Assembly (NCBI RefSeq): GCF_006345805.1
Contig: NW_021832713.1
Location: 1-64,000 of the forward strand
Source of the DNA: Octopus sinensis
Lineage: Eukaryota
Direction: 5' to 3'
Length of the DNA stretch: 64,000 bases
This document shows positions 51,050-64,000 of the stretch, one piece after another; positions within the stretch are counted from its first letter, which is position 1; each line of letters starts with the position of its first letter. The notes beneath the pieces are model-generated. The model was not told the DNA's origin. It saw only the letters and a list, made by a program, of their open reading frames with translations, and ran no database searches. Both the position numbers and the translations under genes were made by a program.

Positions 51050-51470
51050 GTTTAGTAACAAATGTTGCTATGTATGCGAATAAAAGTCCTAATCGAGGGA
51101 GTAGACCAGGTAAAATCCAGGCTACATGTGTTTCCTGATACTCGGAAGTAATAATTACTCAACGACGAGTATACCACTAGCTTCTCAGCAGGATGAAGAT
51201 ACCTTAGATATATGGTATAACATATACACACAAAAAAATTCAGGGTGAATACTTGATAATTGTAAGCACCTGTATATGCCATTTAGTGGTGTAGGTGATA
51301 GAGTATATTTATCAAAATAAAAACATGATGCAAAGGATTTAGCGGTACATATGTTTCTGGCTTTTATTAGACGGTTTATATCAATGCATAATTGATGTAA
51401 TTTGTATGTCAATAGATTCTTCAGCCGCGTACAATTACTACTCCAAGGACATGTATTACATTATAAGTTT
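51050..51470 (-). pseudogene. Possible rhodopsin-family (opsin-like) GPCR relic
   Basis: Collinear motifs across frames: RLKN..TNYINYAL, VPL..FASCF, YLRYLHP, GNTCSLDFTWSTPSIRTF. Confidence 0.28.
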
Positions 51471-51507
51471 TACGTTGGGGATGCAAATTTTCATAGTCGT
51501 GCGATTT

Positions 51508-51548
<41 letters not shown>

Positions 51549-51840
51549 GTGGAGGCGCAATGGCCCAGTGGTTAGGGCAGCGGACTCGCGGTCGGAGGAT
51601 CGCGGTTTTGATTCCCAGACCAGGCGTTGTGTGTGTTAATTGAGCGAAAACACCTAAAACTCCGGCAGGGGGAGGTGATCCCTGCTGTACTCTTTCACCA
51701 CTCTTTCTTTCACTCTTTCTTTGTTGGCCTGCTCGCTTAGCCAGCGGAATGGCGTCGTCCGAAGGCTAAAACAATGCAAACGCATTGTGACCAGCGATGT
51801 ATAGCAACATCTGATGGTCTGGTCGGTCACGGTGACGGTA
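51549..51840 (+). mobile_element. SINE family C head with alternative 3' tail
   Basis: Same tRNA head as 21214, then diverges after ctctttc into ttggcctgctcgcttagccagc...cacggtga. Confidence 0.9.
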
Positions 51841-51939
51841 ATATACATATACACACACACATACACATACACACACACGCACACACACACATACACACAC
51901 ACATATATTATGTACACACACACATACATCTATTTGTGC

Positions 51940-52145
51940 GTTTTTGCACCTGGGTTTGACACAAGCCACACCCTGACTGCCAATATTTATGTGTCTACGT
52001 ACCCGTAACATACCAGTTCGGCAAAAGGTAACCGATAAAATAAGTACCAGACTTATAATAAATATATACATAATTACTGGAGTAGATTCGTTGGTATAAA
52101 ACTATCCAGTACGCGTCCAGCATGGCCGCACTCTAATAACTGAAG
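51940..52145 (+). mobile_element. Diverged SINE family A 3' half
   Basis: gttcggcaaaagg..accgataaaataagtacc..ccagcatggccgca. Confidence 0.6.
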
Positions 52146-52289
52146 CATGTAACTGTGCGTGTGTGTATGCATGTGTGTGTGCCTGTGTGTGAGTCTGTAT
52201 ATATATGTGTGTATGTATATACAAATATTCATATAATGAATATAATGTTTATATATACGTGTATATATATATATGCGTATACATATATG

Positions 52290-52329
<40 letters not shown>

Positions 52330-52338
52330 ACAACTTTG

Positions 52339-52384
<46 letters not shown>

Positions 52385-52493
52385 CATACACCACATATAT
52401 ATGCACGTATATATACATATATATACATACAAACATACATATTTACGTTCGCACATACATACACACACATATATATATATATCATATATATTA

Positions 52494-52537
<44 letters not shown>

Positions 52538-53196
52538 ATATATATATATATAATATAATATATATATATATATATATATGTGAAGACATACGTATACACA
52601 AACATACACACGCACATACGCACATGGGCACATACACGTACACAGAAACACAAATCACACTCGTACACAAACACATATGAACATATCTATATGAATGTGT
52701 GCATATATTGTGTATTCTTAGGGACGAAGCCATAAAAAGTGCTCAATACCAACTCTCCGTTGGAAGTGCGTTGCAAACCGAAAGTGAAAGTTAAGTCAAA
52801 CACCGTATCCACTCGGTCTCCATGGTAATTCAACACAAATTAATAATTGACATATTGCACAAAACAGATACTAGACATTTAAACTTGTGAACGTTTGTTG
52901 CTCACAAAAAATATTGCATCGAACGACGTCGAAGTAGAGTTTTCTGGATCAAAGGGCGGTAAGCTTCAAAGACGGATTTTTCTGAAAAACCGGTGTGATA
53001 ACACCGACTTTGATCTCAACGACTCAAGTGAAAAAGCGCATTGCACTCCAATCTGATGGATGTTGGCGGTTGTGTTTATTGCCGCTGCTAACTGTTGCTA
53101 CTCTGCTGCTGCTGCTGCTGCTACTGCTGCTACTGCTGCTGCTCCTGTTGTTGGTACTGTTGTAGTTGTTTAATATCCGTATCGTTTCATTGACAT

Positions 53197-53235
<39 letters not shown>

Positions 53236-53425
53236 TATACACGCATACATACAGAGACATATATACGTATATGCATGTATACACATATACGTACATACAT
53301 ATGTACGAATATGTATTCATATACTTATTCGAATTCTCAAGAACAAAGAAAAACGGTGTGGAACTTCAAAGAAAGATTTTTACAACTGCACTACAAATAC
53401 AGTTTATTACACACACACACACACG

Positions 53426-53466
<41 letters not shown>

Positions 53467-53508
53467 CTTTATATATAGACATAGAGAGAAGGAGATAAAG
53501 AAAAAGAG

Positions 53509-53545
<37 letters not shown>

Positions 53546-53561
53546 ATATATATATAGTATA

Positions 53562-53597
<36 letters not shown>

Positions 53598-53621
53598 TGT
53601 ATGTATGTATTATTTATTCTT

Positions 53622-53887
53622 TCATTCTTTTCTTTGTTTCAGTCATTTGACTGCGGCCAGTCTGCAGCACTGCTTAAAGGTTTTTAGTCGAATGAATCAA
53701 CAACTGCAGGACTCATTTTTTTTGTAAGCCTAGTATTTATTCTATCGGTTGTCTTTTGCCGAACCGCTAAGTTACTTTTATGTAAACTCATCAACACCGG
53801 TTGTCAAGCGATGATGGGGAGCAAACCTGAAAACACACCCCATTTATATATATATAATATATATTATATATATATTATATATAATAC

Positions 53888-53921
<34 letters not shown>

Positions 53922-54087
53922 CACATACATACGACCGCATTCTTTCAGTTTCAGTCAATGAAATCCACTCACAAGGCTTTAGTCGGCCCGAGGATATAGT
54001 AAAAGACACTCGCCCAAAGGTGTCCCATAGTGGGACTGAACCCGGAGCTATATGGTTTGGAAGCAAGCTTCTTACCACACAGCCACC
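53622..54087 (-). mobile_element. SINE family A, diverged
   Basis: Reverse complement of the family A sequence. Confidence 0.85.
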
Positions 54088-54232
54088 AGGTATAAATATA
54101 GATATTTTCCATGTGACTATTTAAGTCAATATATCATACAAGCAGAAGGATCCTGTTTCACTCGGCTTATAAACTCATAGCCCTAACACAGTAGCCTTTG
54201 CTTGAAGTATAATTTGACACCGTCTTTCGAGG

Positions 54233-54738
54233 CATGTAAATATTTCGTAAACGACGCGTTCGTTCCTCGGAGTGAAATAATTTTTTTCCACGATTTTCTT
54301 CGAGTGCATTCAACGTATCTGATCTCCAATCCCGCCGCAAGTCACTTTTTTCCGGAAAAGGAACTGGGGAGGGCTTGGGGACCTACCAACTGAGATTTCT
54401 TTCGTGGGTTTTTGTTTTTCGTGTCAATGTTATTTCGCATACTTTCAACGAATAAGACATCGAATCACGTGTAAACGGCTCCTTTCCCCGGAAAAGGAAA
54501 GATTTGGCTGCTGGTTCTAGCACGCCCTACTACCACGTAATAGCTACATGTGATAAAAGACCCACCGATATTTCACTGTGAAATTTTTTTTGACCCCTCC
54601 CGTACTTTCTTTTCCAGAAAAAGTGGCTTGCGGCGGGTTTGGAGGTCAGATACATTGAATGCACTCGAAAAATATTGTGCAATATAATTATTTCACACCG
54701 AGGTACGGACGGGTCCCCTACGAAATATTTATCCATGT
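54233..54738. mobile_element. Old MITE-like element with about 140-bp diverged inverted arms
   Basis: 54233-54375 versus 54594-54738; the ORF track gives mirrored translations on both strands. Confidence 0.65.
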
Positions 54739-54879
54739 GTTACTTACTGATACACAAATACACCGGTACAGTGTTTTTGTTTGTCCCTTCAGCCTTTCTA
54801 ACATTTTGCTTATGTGTTATTATACACAAATACGCTAGTACAGAAGAGCGTAAACAATGAAAGTAGCTGTAATAATTCT

Positions 54880-55296
54880 TTGGTACCAGACATCGTTATA
54901 ACAGTAAACGCGTCTCTAAAAGAAATGGAGAAATTCTCAAAATACAAAGACCTGGAAATAGAGGTAACCAGAATGTGGAATCTAAAAAAGAAACAATTCC
55001 TATCATAGTAGGTGCATTAGGCATGATAAAAATATTCAGACAAATACATAACAAAAACCACCAGGACTTGTACAACACCATATAACCAGAAAATTTGTAC
55101 TACTAGGCACTGCACACATCCTACGCAGAACACTTTCCATACAATAACCATCAGAGCATCACAGCAAATCAGAGCACATACCTAAGGCACACAGAGCTGC
55201 GCCGGTAGTGAAGTGAAAGCACGCTATAAAAATAAAAACTACTGAATGATAATAATAATAATAATAATAATTATAATAATAATAATAATAATAATA

Positions 55297-55330
<34 letters not shown>
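54880..55330 (+). mobile_element. Dong/R4 retrotransposon 3' end (restriction-like endonuclease) with (TAA)n tail
   Basis: KEMEKFSKYKDLEIEVTRMWNLK..IPIIVGALG..LLGTAHILRRTL. Confidence 0.9.
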
Positions 55331-55520
55331 CTTTTCTACGTCAGGAACAAGGCCCGGATTTCGGGGAAGCGATAAGTCGACTACATCGACTTCAGTGCGT
55401 AACTACTACTTATTTCATGGATCCGCAAAGTTTGAAAGGCAAAGGTGACCTCGGCAGAATTTGAACTCAGAACGTAAGCATTTTACCCGGCATGCTAACA
55501 TTTCGCCAGCTAGCCGCCTT
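55330..55520 (-). mobile_element. SINE family B, alternative tail, diverged
   Basis: gaatttgaactcagaacg, ccggcatgctaac..gccagctagccgcc. Confidence 0.75.
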
Positions 55521-56459
55521 AATAGTGGTAAAAAATGCTGCTGCTGTTGATGTTGATAACGACGACAATGATGATGATGATGAGGATGATGATAATGACG
55601 ACAATGATGATGATGATGAGGATGATGATAATGACGACAATGATGATGATGATGTACGTAAAACACAGCTGTGGTAAATTTGCTCCGTTCATGAAGATTA
55701 ATGTGTAAGAAAAGAAATATTTCTGATGCTAATTGCATAGCATGGTTAATTACATGGTAATTATTCACTATTTCGAGATATTAACAATTTTTGCTCGTTC
55801 TGTGAGTCAATTTACACATTCTTTGCTTGTTGCATTCTCTGTTTAGTATAACTAATTATAACATATTAAAACTGGAAAAAACAGGCTTTGTTACCTGACA
55901 TTCAGACACCAGATTTAATAATTATCCTTAATTAATTTGTCTTGATTGTTTAACCGTTTAACAGATTTTTAGCAACGTATGTTCTAACATATTATGAATA
56001 ATACTATTTATTTGAAGGGGTGGAGTACTCTTAGCCAAGTCCTCTGGGGTAACATTTTTAATATCAGATCATTTTTTTTTTCATAGATGTCTCGAAATTT
56101 TTGGCTGTTTTCCTTATCTTCTCTGCTTTCCGTTATTAGAGGAATGGGATCTTTACCTTTTGACCGGCAGATTTAGAAAATTTTTTTTTAACTAAACACT
56201 TTCAAACCTCGTATACTGGTAGAATGTGTCATATAAAACATCTTTTACTCTTAGCGGTTTTGAGAAAAGTTTATGTTTATGAAGTTATTTCGTGTTAAAG
56301 TTCTCGTATTTCGGTAATTTCAACCAATCAATGACGTGTGTTAATCTGAATAAAATTACCGCTGTTGCTTGTGAACAACAACTGCCAGGTGAGATGAAAT
56401 ATGTCATAAATTACAGTGACAAACGAAATATACACCGTGGGAAGTTGTTGTTGACCAGC

Positions 56460-57320
56460 CAACCAACTACCTGACATCTATTTCGGCGATTACAATAAAG
56501 TTTAACATAAGGACAACGATGTACATACCTCTATATTGCTTCCAGACAATATACACAAACAGCCTATTTGTGTGTAAGAGACCAAAAAACATGCAACATC
56601 CCTGTCAAATATGATATGGCATTGAAAGAAGGTACAATAAGCAAACCCCAAATAGAATGGAAAATTATTGCTAAAGCCAAGAAATACAGAGGACGCGTTT
56701 CCAAATGTGAACTATGTATTAATGTAAAGCTAAACATTATACACTCAACAGATAACATCCTAAATATTAGGGTTGAATCTTTATCTATAGACAAGCAATA
56801 TTTAACACACAAATTCTGCAAAGACAAATCACTATCTGCGGCGGTAATACCACCAGGATAGACCCTTTCCTGACCGTGAAATCTGAACAGACATAGCATA
56901 CAAAAACCACACACAGAAGAAATATTCCCCAATGACAAACTAACACAACACACAAGTATTAGAACACTCACACCGAAAACAAAAGCAGAATAATGTAAAC
57001 AAATTGACTGCACAATAGTTTGCCCAAAAGACAAATCCAAGGGCGACAAACGTTCAAAAGACGTCACCCAAGGGTGACGCCCTTTGATTTATTGTTTTAT
57101 TGACGAGAATTGACGAGAATCTCTGTGAACCAAAACATGCTGTGCTTTTCCATGATGGAGGAGAACAGCTTTGTCCATGTGACCGGCTTGAAAAATTTTT
57201 TAGATACTAGAATATTTTTCTATTTTTCTTAACATGAAACCCAAAGTAGCTTTAATTCACAAATAAAGAAATTATATCCACCAACGCGATGTTGAACAAC
57301 TATTTTTCTCATTCGATATT
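56460..57320 (+). mobile_element. Penelope-like element 3' fragment (C-terminal GIY-YIG region), second clade
   Basis: KHATSLSNMIW/LKE..IEWKIIAKAKKY..KCELCINVKLNII..ILNIRVE resembles the PLE pattern T.LSK.IW.LK..I.W.I..A..Y..C.LC..EK..LN.R.E; ends near (TA)n. Confidence 0.7.
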
Positions 57321-57619
57321 TACGTATATATATATATATATATATAATATATATATACTATATATATATTTGTATGTGTGTGTGTATGTGTGTATTTGTA
57401 TATACATATGTATATATACTATATATATATTACACACATTCATATATTACATACATATATATATATATATTATATATATACATATTCATAAATATAATAT
57501 GTATATGTATGTATAACTATATATGTATAGACATACACACTAATGTATGCATATATACTGGTATATTTATGCATATATACAAATATACATCAATACATAC
57601 ATACACATACACACACGAA

Positions 57620-58510
57620 TTTGTGAGAAAGAAGTTAAAAAGACATTTAGGAGAAGGTGAAAGATTGAGAGGAGGGGAACTGCAGAACAAAAGCGTAAGA
57701 ATGATGCTGGAAAGAACATAGAGAATAAGAGACAAAGGGTATGAAGTTATATTGGAAGAATTGAAACACAAAGAGAAGGAGCAATCAATGCAAACTGGAA
57801 AGGTATGATAAAAGGGGAAAAAAAAAACAGTTCAGGCAAAACAGATTGTTTGAAGCAAATCAGAAGAACGTGTTTCAGGAACTAGATGGGCAAATACACG
57901 TAACAATGATACAAGATATTTCATCTCAATCGAAGGAGAGGAGCTTTCTCCGTCCGGGTTGCGGATCCGTGGAACAAGCTGCCAGATGAGATGGTGAAGA
58001 TGCCGACGACCGCTTTGTTCAAAGCCTCCCTGGACCTCAAGTGGCCTGAACTCTTTACATGAACACCACCCTGTACTTAACTCCATGTCCCCCTACATGG
58101 CCTTGCTATTTGCTTTTGAGCCAAATTAACTAACTAACTAACTAACTAAGATACAGATGAAAGCAAGGCTTTCTTGAGAGAGACCTAGGGCCAACCTATA
58201 GAACATAATGATGAAGCGGGGTGGCTGCAAGAAATCCAAGATGAGTTAAGCAATACAGAAGTCCACGAAGACATACAAATAACAACAGAAATGAACAAAA
58301 AAAGCAGTTAAGAAAATTCCCAAATTGGAAGAGCCCAATACCTGATGGGATCCAAGGGTATTGGATGAAGAAACTGAGAGGGTTCCATAAAAGGATAGCA
58401 CAACAGCTAGATGAGTGCTTGTAGGAAGGCGCAGTACCCAGCTGGATGACAAAGGAAAAAACATTGTTATGTGCCAAGGATCCTGAAAAGGGAAATGTTG
58501 CATCCAAAAG
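57620..58510 (+). mobile_element. Dong/R4 pre-RT fragment interrupted by a CR1-like insertion
   Basis: NWKSPIPDGIQGYWMKKLRGFHKRIAQQL..VPSWMTK..KDPEKGN. Confidence 0.8.
57918..58148 (+). mobile_element. CR1-like LINE 3' end, (CTAA)n tail
   Basis: Matches 30371-30582; gataca(a)gat on both flanks as a probable TSD. Confidence 0.88.
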
Positions 58511-59433
58511 ATAAACACTCGTGAGGAGGATTCGATCTTTCAGTTCAAGAAATAGTTTTCTTATTATTTATCCACACACCTACGTCAAATCTGCTGTTTT
58601 TAAACCCAATGCCAGCAGGCGAAAACTGAATATAAAAAAAAACTCCTAAAGGTATATAATAGAAATGCTTATAAATATTTACCATTTTTCAACATTTATT
58701 TACCAAGAATCAATACCACTTTCCTTTAACTTTGTTTTTTACCTTTTCCTTTTTTTTTATATTCTCACCAATGTCATGAATTTGGAATTAGACGACTTCA
58801 GAGAATGCCAAAGTGTACTAGATTCCTAAGACAAGACAGCAGCTATCTTTACAACATATTTTAATAAATCGAATAAAATGGATAATATCATGTAAATCGT
58901 TATTTCCTTTTTCTTTTATTTGTCTTTCTTTCTAACAGCTTTTCTGTTAAACTGTTCGGATATTTTTGAGGAATGGTCGAATGATTGATACAAGGCGGTC
59001 GGTTATTAATATGATTGACTAAAATCTTGTAGTTTAAAATCCTGATAATGTCGTCGAAGGTTTACATTGGTAATCATTTATCTCAGCTGTTTATCAATAC
59101 TCTGGCTTCCTATTGCCTTATAAAATTTATTAGAAATGCTGTGAATCAGATTAGTTCGAGCTTGTAACAGATTCAACGATCGATTATTGGGAAACGTTAA
59201 ATAAGACGAAAAAGAAGAAGAAAAAAAAGAATATCTAGAAGAAAGCGATAAAGAAATACAAAGAAAACAAAGGAGATGACGCCGTCGACGGCGAAGAGCA
59301 TACTGCTGCTGTTAGAACACCACCACCACCACCACCACTATCACAAAAACAACAACAACAACAAAAACTACTAATGTGGCTGCTGCTACTACTACTACTA
59401 CTACTACTACTACAACAACTGCTGCTGCTGCTG

Positions 59434-59472
<39 letters not shown>

Positions 59473-59508
59473 ATACTACTACTGCTACTACTACTGCTAC
59501 TACTACTG

Positions 59509-59629
<121 letters not shown>

Positions 59630-59649
59630 GCTGCTACTATTACTACTGA

Positions 59650-59900
59650 AATTTGGGGCGGGGTAGATATTCAATTACAACTGGTACTTATTTAATTGGT
59701 CCGGAGAGAAAAATAGATAAAGTTGACCTCAGTGGAATTTGAGGTCAGAACTTTAAAGGCCGGAAGAGATGTCGCTAAGAACTGAAAGAAGCCCGTCGTG
59801 TATATGTCTATATGTGTGTGTGTGTGTGTGTAAATATATGTTTGTGTGTCTGTGTTTGTCCCCCCCCCCAACCTCGCTTGACAACCGATGCTGGTGTGTC
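59650..59900. mobile_element. Degenerate family B (-) joined to family A (+) SINE fragments
   Basis: caactggtacttatttaat..ggaatttga then aactgaaagaagcccgtcg. Confidence 0.65.
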
Positions 59901-60064
59901 ACATCCATGTTGTATCATAAGTTCCCCAAGGCAAATCAGGCATTGTAGTAAATAACAGATATAATGTTCTCTTGACAATTAACTATTCGAAGTGTGTAAT
60001 TTTGGTTCAAAATACAAGTTTCTAGAACTTTGAGCTACTTTCTTCTTCCGTTTTTACATTTGAA

Positions 60065-60467
60065 GATCAGACGCACACTTGCATCAGACACCTACCATAT
60101 TCTGAGCGCCTTGTTTCCCTGGGCATGGATTCACTGAAGCTCCGGCGTCTGGCGATGGACTTGGTAAACACCCACAAAGTTACCAACCACCTCACCAACA
60201 ACAACACTGAACACCTTTTTGATCTCCATGTGTCTAACACACGTGGACATGCCTACAAAGTCAGAAAACAACACAGCTCCCATGACTTTCAGAAACATTT
60301 TTTCACGCTCAGAGTTGCTGAAGCATGGAACAAACTGCCTGCGTCAGTTGTTGACTGCCATGACACTGCATCCTTTAAGGCTCTCATGTTTTCCGAAATC
60401 CGCCAAAACTACACCTGATTATATATACACTTTAGATGAGTTGTAGTGCACCTGAGCACTGTACACA

Positions 60468-60545
<78 letters not shown>
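60065..60545 (+). mobile_element. CR1/L2-group LINE 3' fragment, (TTA)n tail
   Basis: LPYSERLVSLGMDSLKLRRLAMDL..NTRGHAYK..FFTLRVAEAWNKLP. Confidence 0.9.
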
Positions 60546-60546
<1 letters not shown>

Positions 60547-60859
60547 CCTATATTCTACCATTATCAACGTTCAATATATATTCGCCGTCGAGAGATTTTT
60601 TTTTTAACTGTTCCTATAAAGGCATGTTGTAAACACCTCTGGTTTTTGAGAATCAAAGGAATGTAATATTCCTGATTCGCCACTTATTGATATATTTCTC
60701 AGGTAAGGCAGAAGACACCTTTGTAGCGTACTGCTACAACACTTCTTTTCTTGGACTTAACCTATGTATGAAATTTCGTTTTGACTTCTGATCCGGACAA
60801 CGAACTGAGTACCAGAATTTTTTGTTTATACAGTGTAGATTTGTATTGATGTTGGTAAT

Positions 60860-61099
60860 GTTCTTTATTATTTATTTACTGCCCACAAGGGGCAACACAA
60901 GGCGGGGACAAACAAGGACAGACAAACGGATTAAGTCGATTATATCGACCCCAGTGCGTAACTGGTACTTACTTAATCAAACCCGAAAGGAGGAAAGGCA
61001 AAGTCGACCTCGGCGGAATTTGAACTCAGAACGTAGCGTCAGACGAAATACTGCTAAGCATTTCGTCCGGCGTGCTAACGTTTCTGCCAGCTCGCCGCC
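60860..61099 (-). mobile_element. SINE family B monomer with 14-bp TSD
   Basis: ttgatgttggtaat at 60846-60859 and 61100-61113. Confidence 0.92.
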
Positions 61100-61847
61100 T
61101 TGATGTTGGTAATATTTTTTATGCCGTTCAAAGTTGCTTTCAAAATAAGAAATGAATCTGCTAGTGAAATGCAGTCGGCACTTGTCAGGCAATTGAACAC
61201 GCATGAAGAATTTTGCAATTTCATCTCCTATGAGGTAGTCCCACATAATCCAAATGTATATCCAAAATGTTGTTCCAATCGCCCTCTGACTCAAGACGTT
61301 TTTGAAGAGTCTAGAGGTTTCTATGAAAGTGTGGCGTACAAATAGAGTTGATGACGTAAACTATTCAGCACTGGCGATTTTCCTGTCCTACAGCCGTTGG
61401 GTTTGTCTGCTACTTCATTTGCCGGAATCGGTCAACGCTCATGAAATGTGTGCAGTGTTGTTGAAATTGTACACGTATCAGCTTGGAATCGAAACATTCG
61501 TCGATGTTGTCAGCGTGATTTTATGCCCAAGCTATATTCGTTCATTACACAAATCACCTTCCTTCCTTTTTATGTCTTTGCACAAACAACGCGTTTTTAT
61601 CGGTTTGCTAGTCTCGACCACCAATCTAATTTTCTTTATTGCAATACGACATTGCTCAAACTGAGTCTAATTTTTCCTTTCAGTGAGTGAAAAAAATACT
61701 TGATTTTAATAACTGCGTTAAGCAGTACTCGCTTAAATAGTTTGAGAATAATTTGAGCAGCTGCTCTCTGTTATTTTCCTTTAAAATTACTGTATTCATA
61801 ACGAATTTATTTGTGGTGTAGCTGACAACTCGAAACTGGGACAATTT

Positions 61848-62087
61848 ACTCTTTACTCTTTTACTTGTTTCAGTCATTTGACTGCGGCCATGCTGGAGCA
61901 CCGCCTTTAGTCGAGCAAATCGACCCCAGGACTTATTCTTTGTAAGCCTAGTACTCATTCTATCGGGCTCTCTTTTGCCGAACCGCTAAGTTACCGGGAC
62001 GTAAACACACCAGCATTGGTTGTCAAGCGATGTTGTGGGGGACAAACATAGACACACAAACATATACGCACACATTCATATATATAT

Positions 62088-62161
<74 letters not shown>

Positions 62162-62348
62162 ATATATATATTGATATATATATATGCATTTATACGACGG
62201 GCTTTTTTCAGTTCCGTCTACCAAATCCAATCACAAGGCTTTGGTCGGCCCGAGGCTATCGTAGAAGACACTTGCTCAAGGTGCCACGAAGTAGGACTGA
62301 ACCCGGAACCATGTGGTTCATAAGCAAACTACTTACCACACAGCCACT
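61848..62348 (-). mobile_element. SINE family A with expanded internal (TA)n
   Basis: Reverse complement of the family A sequence. Confidence 0.9.
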
Positions 62349-62685
62349 GTTAACCTAACGAAAGTTATTACTGTGATTATATAACCTGCTGTCCAGGTCT
62401 ATATTGAGGCATTTGAGAAAGGTTGTAACTACAAGAGAAATGGAAAGTCCAAAGTAGTAATACAGGGTTTCGTATTACAAAATGTTGAAGTCTAAAAGGT
62501 TCTTTGATCATTGGTTTCTTGTCTACAACCACTTCTTTACTTTCTTGATTGTTTCTCGTACCAGTTCTCTGATTCAAATGTGTTACCATTGTCATCCTCA
62601 CTTTTAGAATCGTAAATTAACGATGATAATAATAATAATAATAATATTAATAATAATAATAATAATAATAATAATGATGATGATG

Positions 62686-62727
<42 letters not shown>

Positions 62728-62954
62728 TAATAATGATGATAATATGATGATAATAATGATGATTATAATAATAATAATAAGGATAATAATAAAGCAAAAT
62801 AATAATAATAATAATATAATGATGTTAATAATGAAGATATAATAATAATAATAATGATGAGATGATGATAATATAAAATAATAATATAATAATAATAATG
62901 ATGATAATAATAATAATAATAATAATATGATAATATAATAATAATAATAATAAT

Positions 62955-63494
62955 CTGATGGCAGTACCAGGCTGGCTCTCATGGCTTCTGATCTTAACTG
63001 ATTGGAAGTGTTCATGTACATTGTTTTGTCTTGGTATAAAAGAGGGCTAACAGCAAATATTCTGCTCAATACACAGATTTGCTTGTCATTGTTTGACCTA
63101 ACCATTGAGCATGTCCCTTTAGTGGCTGACGATATGTGCATCTCTGATCACGAGCAGAAGTAGTGGGGAGCATCATAGCCATGTGTTGAGAGGGATTCTT
63201 TGGGGTTTGAATAGTTCGCCTCTGGAAACATGGGTGGTTCTTTCAACATCTTAAACACCCTTATTCAGAGACCGTTTGAGCGGGATGGGCTACTCAACCT
63301 GAAGAAAATTCTAACTGGGCCCCACCTGCAAGGTCATGTGCTGTTTATCTTGATATGAGATCACCATGTCGCGCACATATGGTTGTGATGGCATGTGCCT
63401 TGTGTACCTTTATCAGACGGGTAGTCATATGGGTATATTGGGCTTCGTAATTTTACCCCAGGTCACCTTGATGGCATGAACTGCTCTCTCACTC

Positions 63495-63495
<1 letters not shown>
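62955..63495. mobile_element. Non-coding element embedded in (TAA)n, possibly Dong/R4-associated
   Basis: About 540-bp complex sequence with (TAA)n on both sides and no recognisable ORF. Confidence 0.45.
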
Positions 63496-63529
<34 letters not shown>

Positions 63530-64000
63530 TAATAATAATAATAATAACAACAACGACAATGAATGGTCATGGTAATAGTAATAATACTTGTAATAATATT
63601 TATAATAATAATAATAATATTATTATTATTCTTTTTGAATTATTGATTATTTTTTCTCTCATCGTGATAACGTTAACAAGTAAAACACTAATAATGGCCA
63701 ATGCCAATAACATTATAAAGTATAGTTATTTCATGACGAACAGACAGAAAATAGTTTTACTTTGAAGGACTGGAAACTAGTAACGGATAAATGATCAAAT
63801 CTAATGAGGGAAAATAGATACAAATATTTCGACGATGTATGTGTTGTTTGATAAGATAGATTTATGATACAAGAGATGAAAGATAAGCTTTTGAAACGAA
63901 TATATGCGAAAGATTTGATTGGAATGCAAACAATATGAGCGCATATATACATACATACATAATACATATATATATATATATAGATATGTGTGTGTGTGTG

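Noticed and set aside
4742-53557. Numerous [12 protein letters not shown] and LSIY ORFs
   Set aside because: Di- and tetranucleotide microsatellite translations
61100-61700. Overlapping short ORFs, one integrase-like peptide (DIHLDYVG)
   Set aside because: No second supporting motif

Overview
Eukaryotic, AT-rich, gene-poor window dominated by microsatellites and transposable elements. The SINE families and simple-repeat composition point to an octopus (coleoid cephalopod) genome; this is inference from repeat recognition, not a database search. No intact host gene could be supported. Contents: about 30 copies of four tRNA-derived SINE families; a full-length but frameshifted IR/DR Tc1 (DD34E) element; two inverted rosa-type (DD41D) mariner ends; a pogo-like MITE; two non-autonomous Helitrons; fragments of Dong/R4, CR1-like and Tx1-like LINEs; a 2.6-kb decayed Neptune-like Penelope element plus a second Penelope endonuclease fragment; and a 12-kb trinucleotide low-complexity island (about 6.6-18.7 kb) with two tandem duplications and a 99-bp minisatellite. 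The most interesting pattern is a set of short, mutually unrelated elements at (TA)n tracts that carry minimal type I hammerhead-ribozyme motifs, several with a CCGANGA rather than CUGANGA core. Several of them form near-perfect foldback palindromes centred on the ribozyme. Also notable are Nin/Deu-domain SINEs inserted as head-plus-headless multimers with a recurrent junction inside one target-site duplication, and a possible opsin-like GPCR relic. Coordinates were read by eye and may be off by a few bases. Single-base indels in repeats suggest long-read consensus errors, so some frameshifts may be artefacts.
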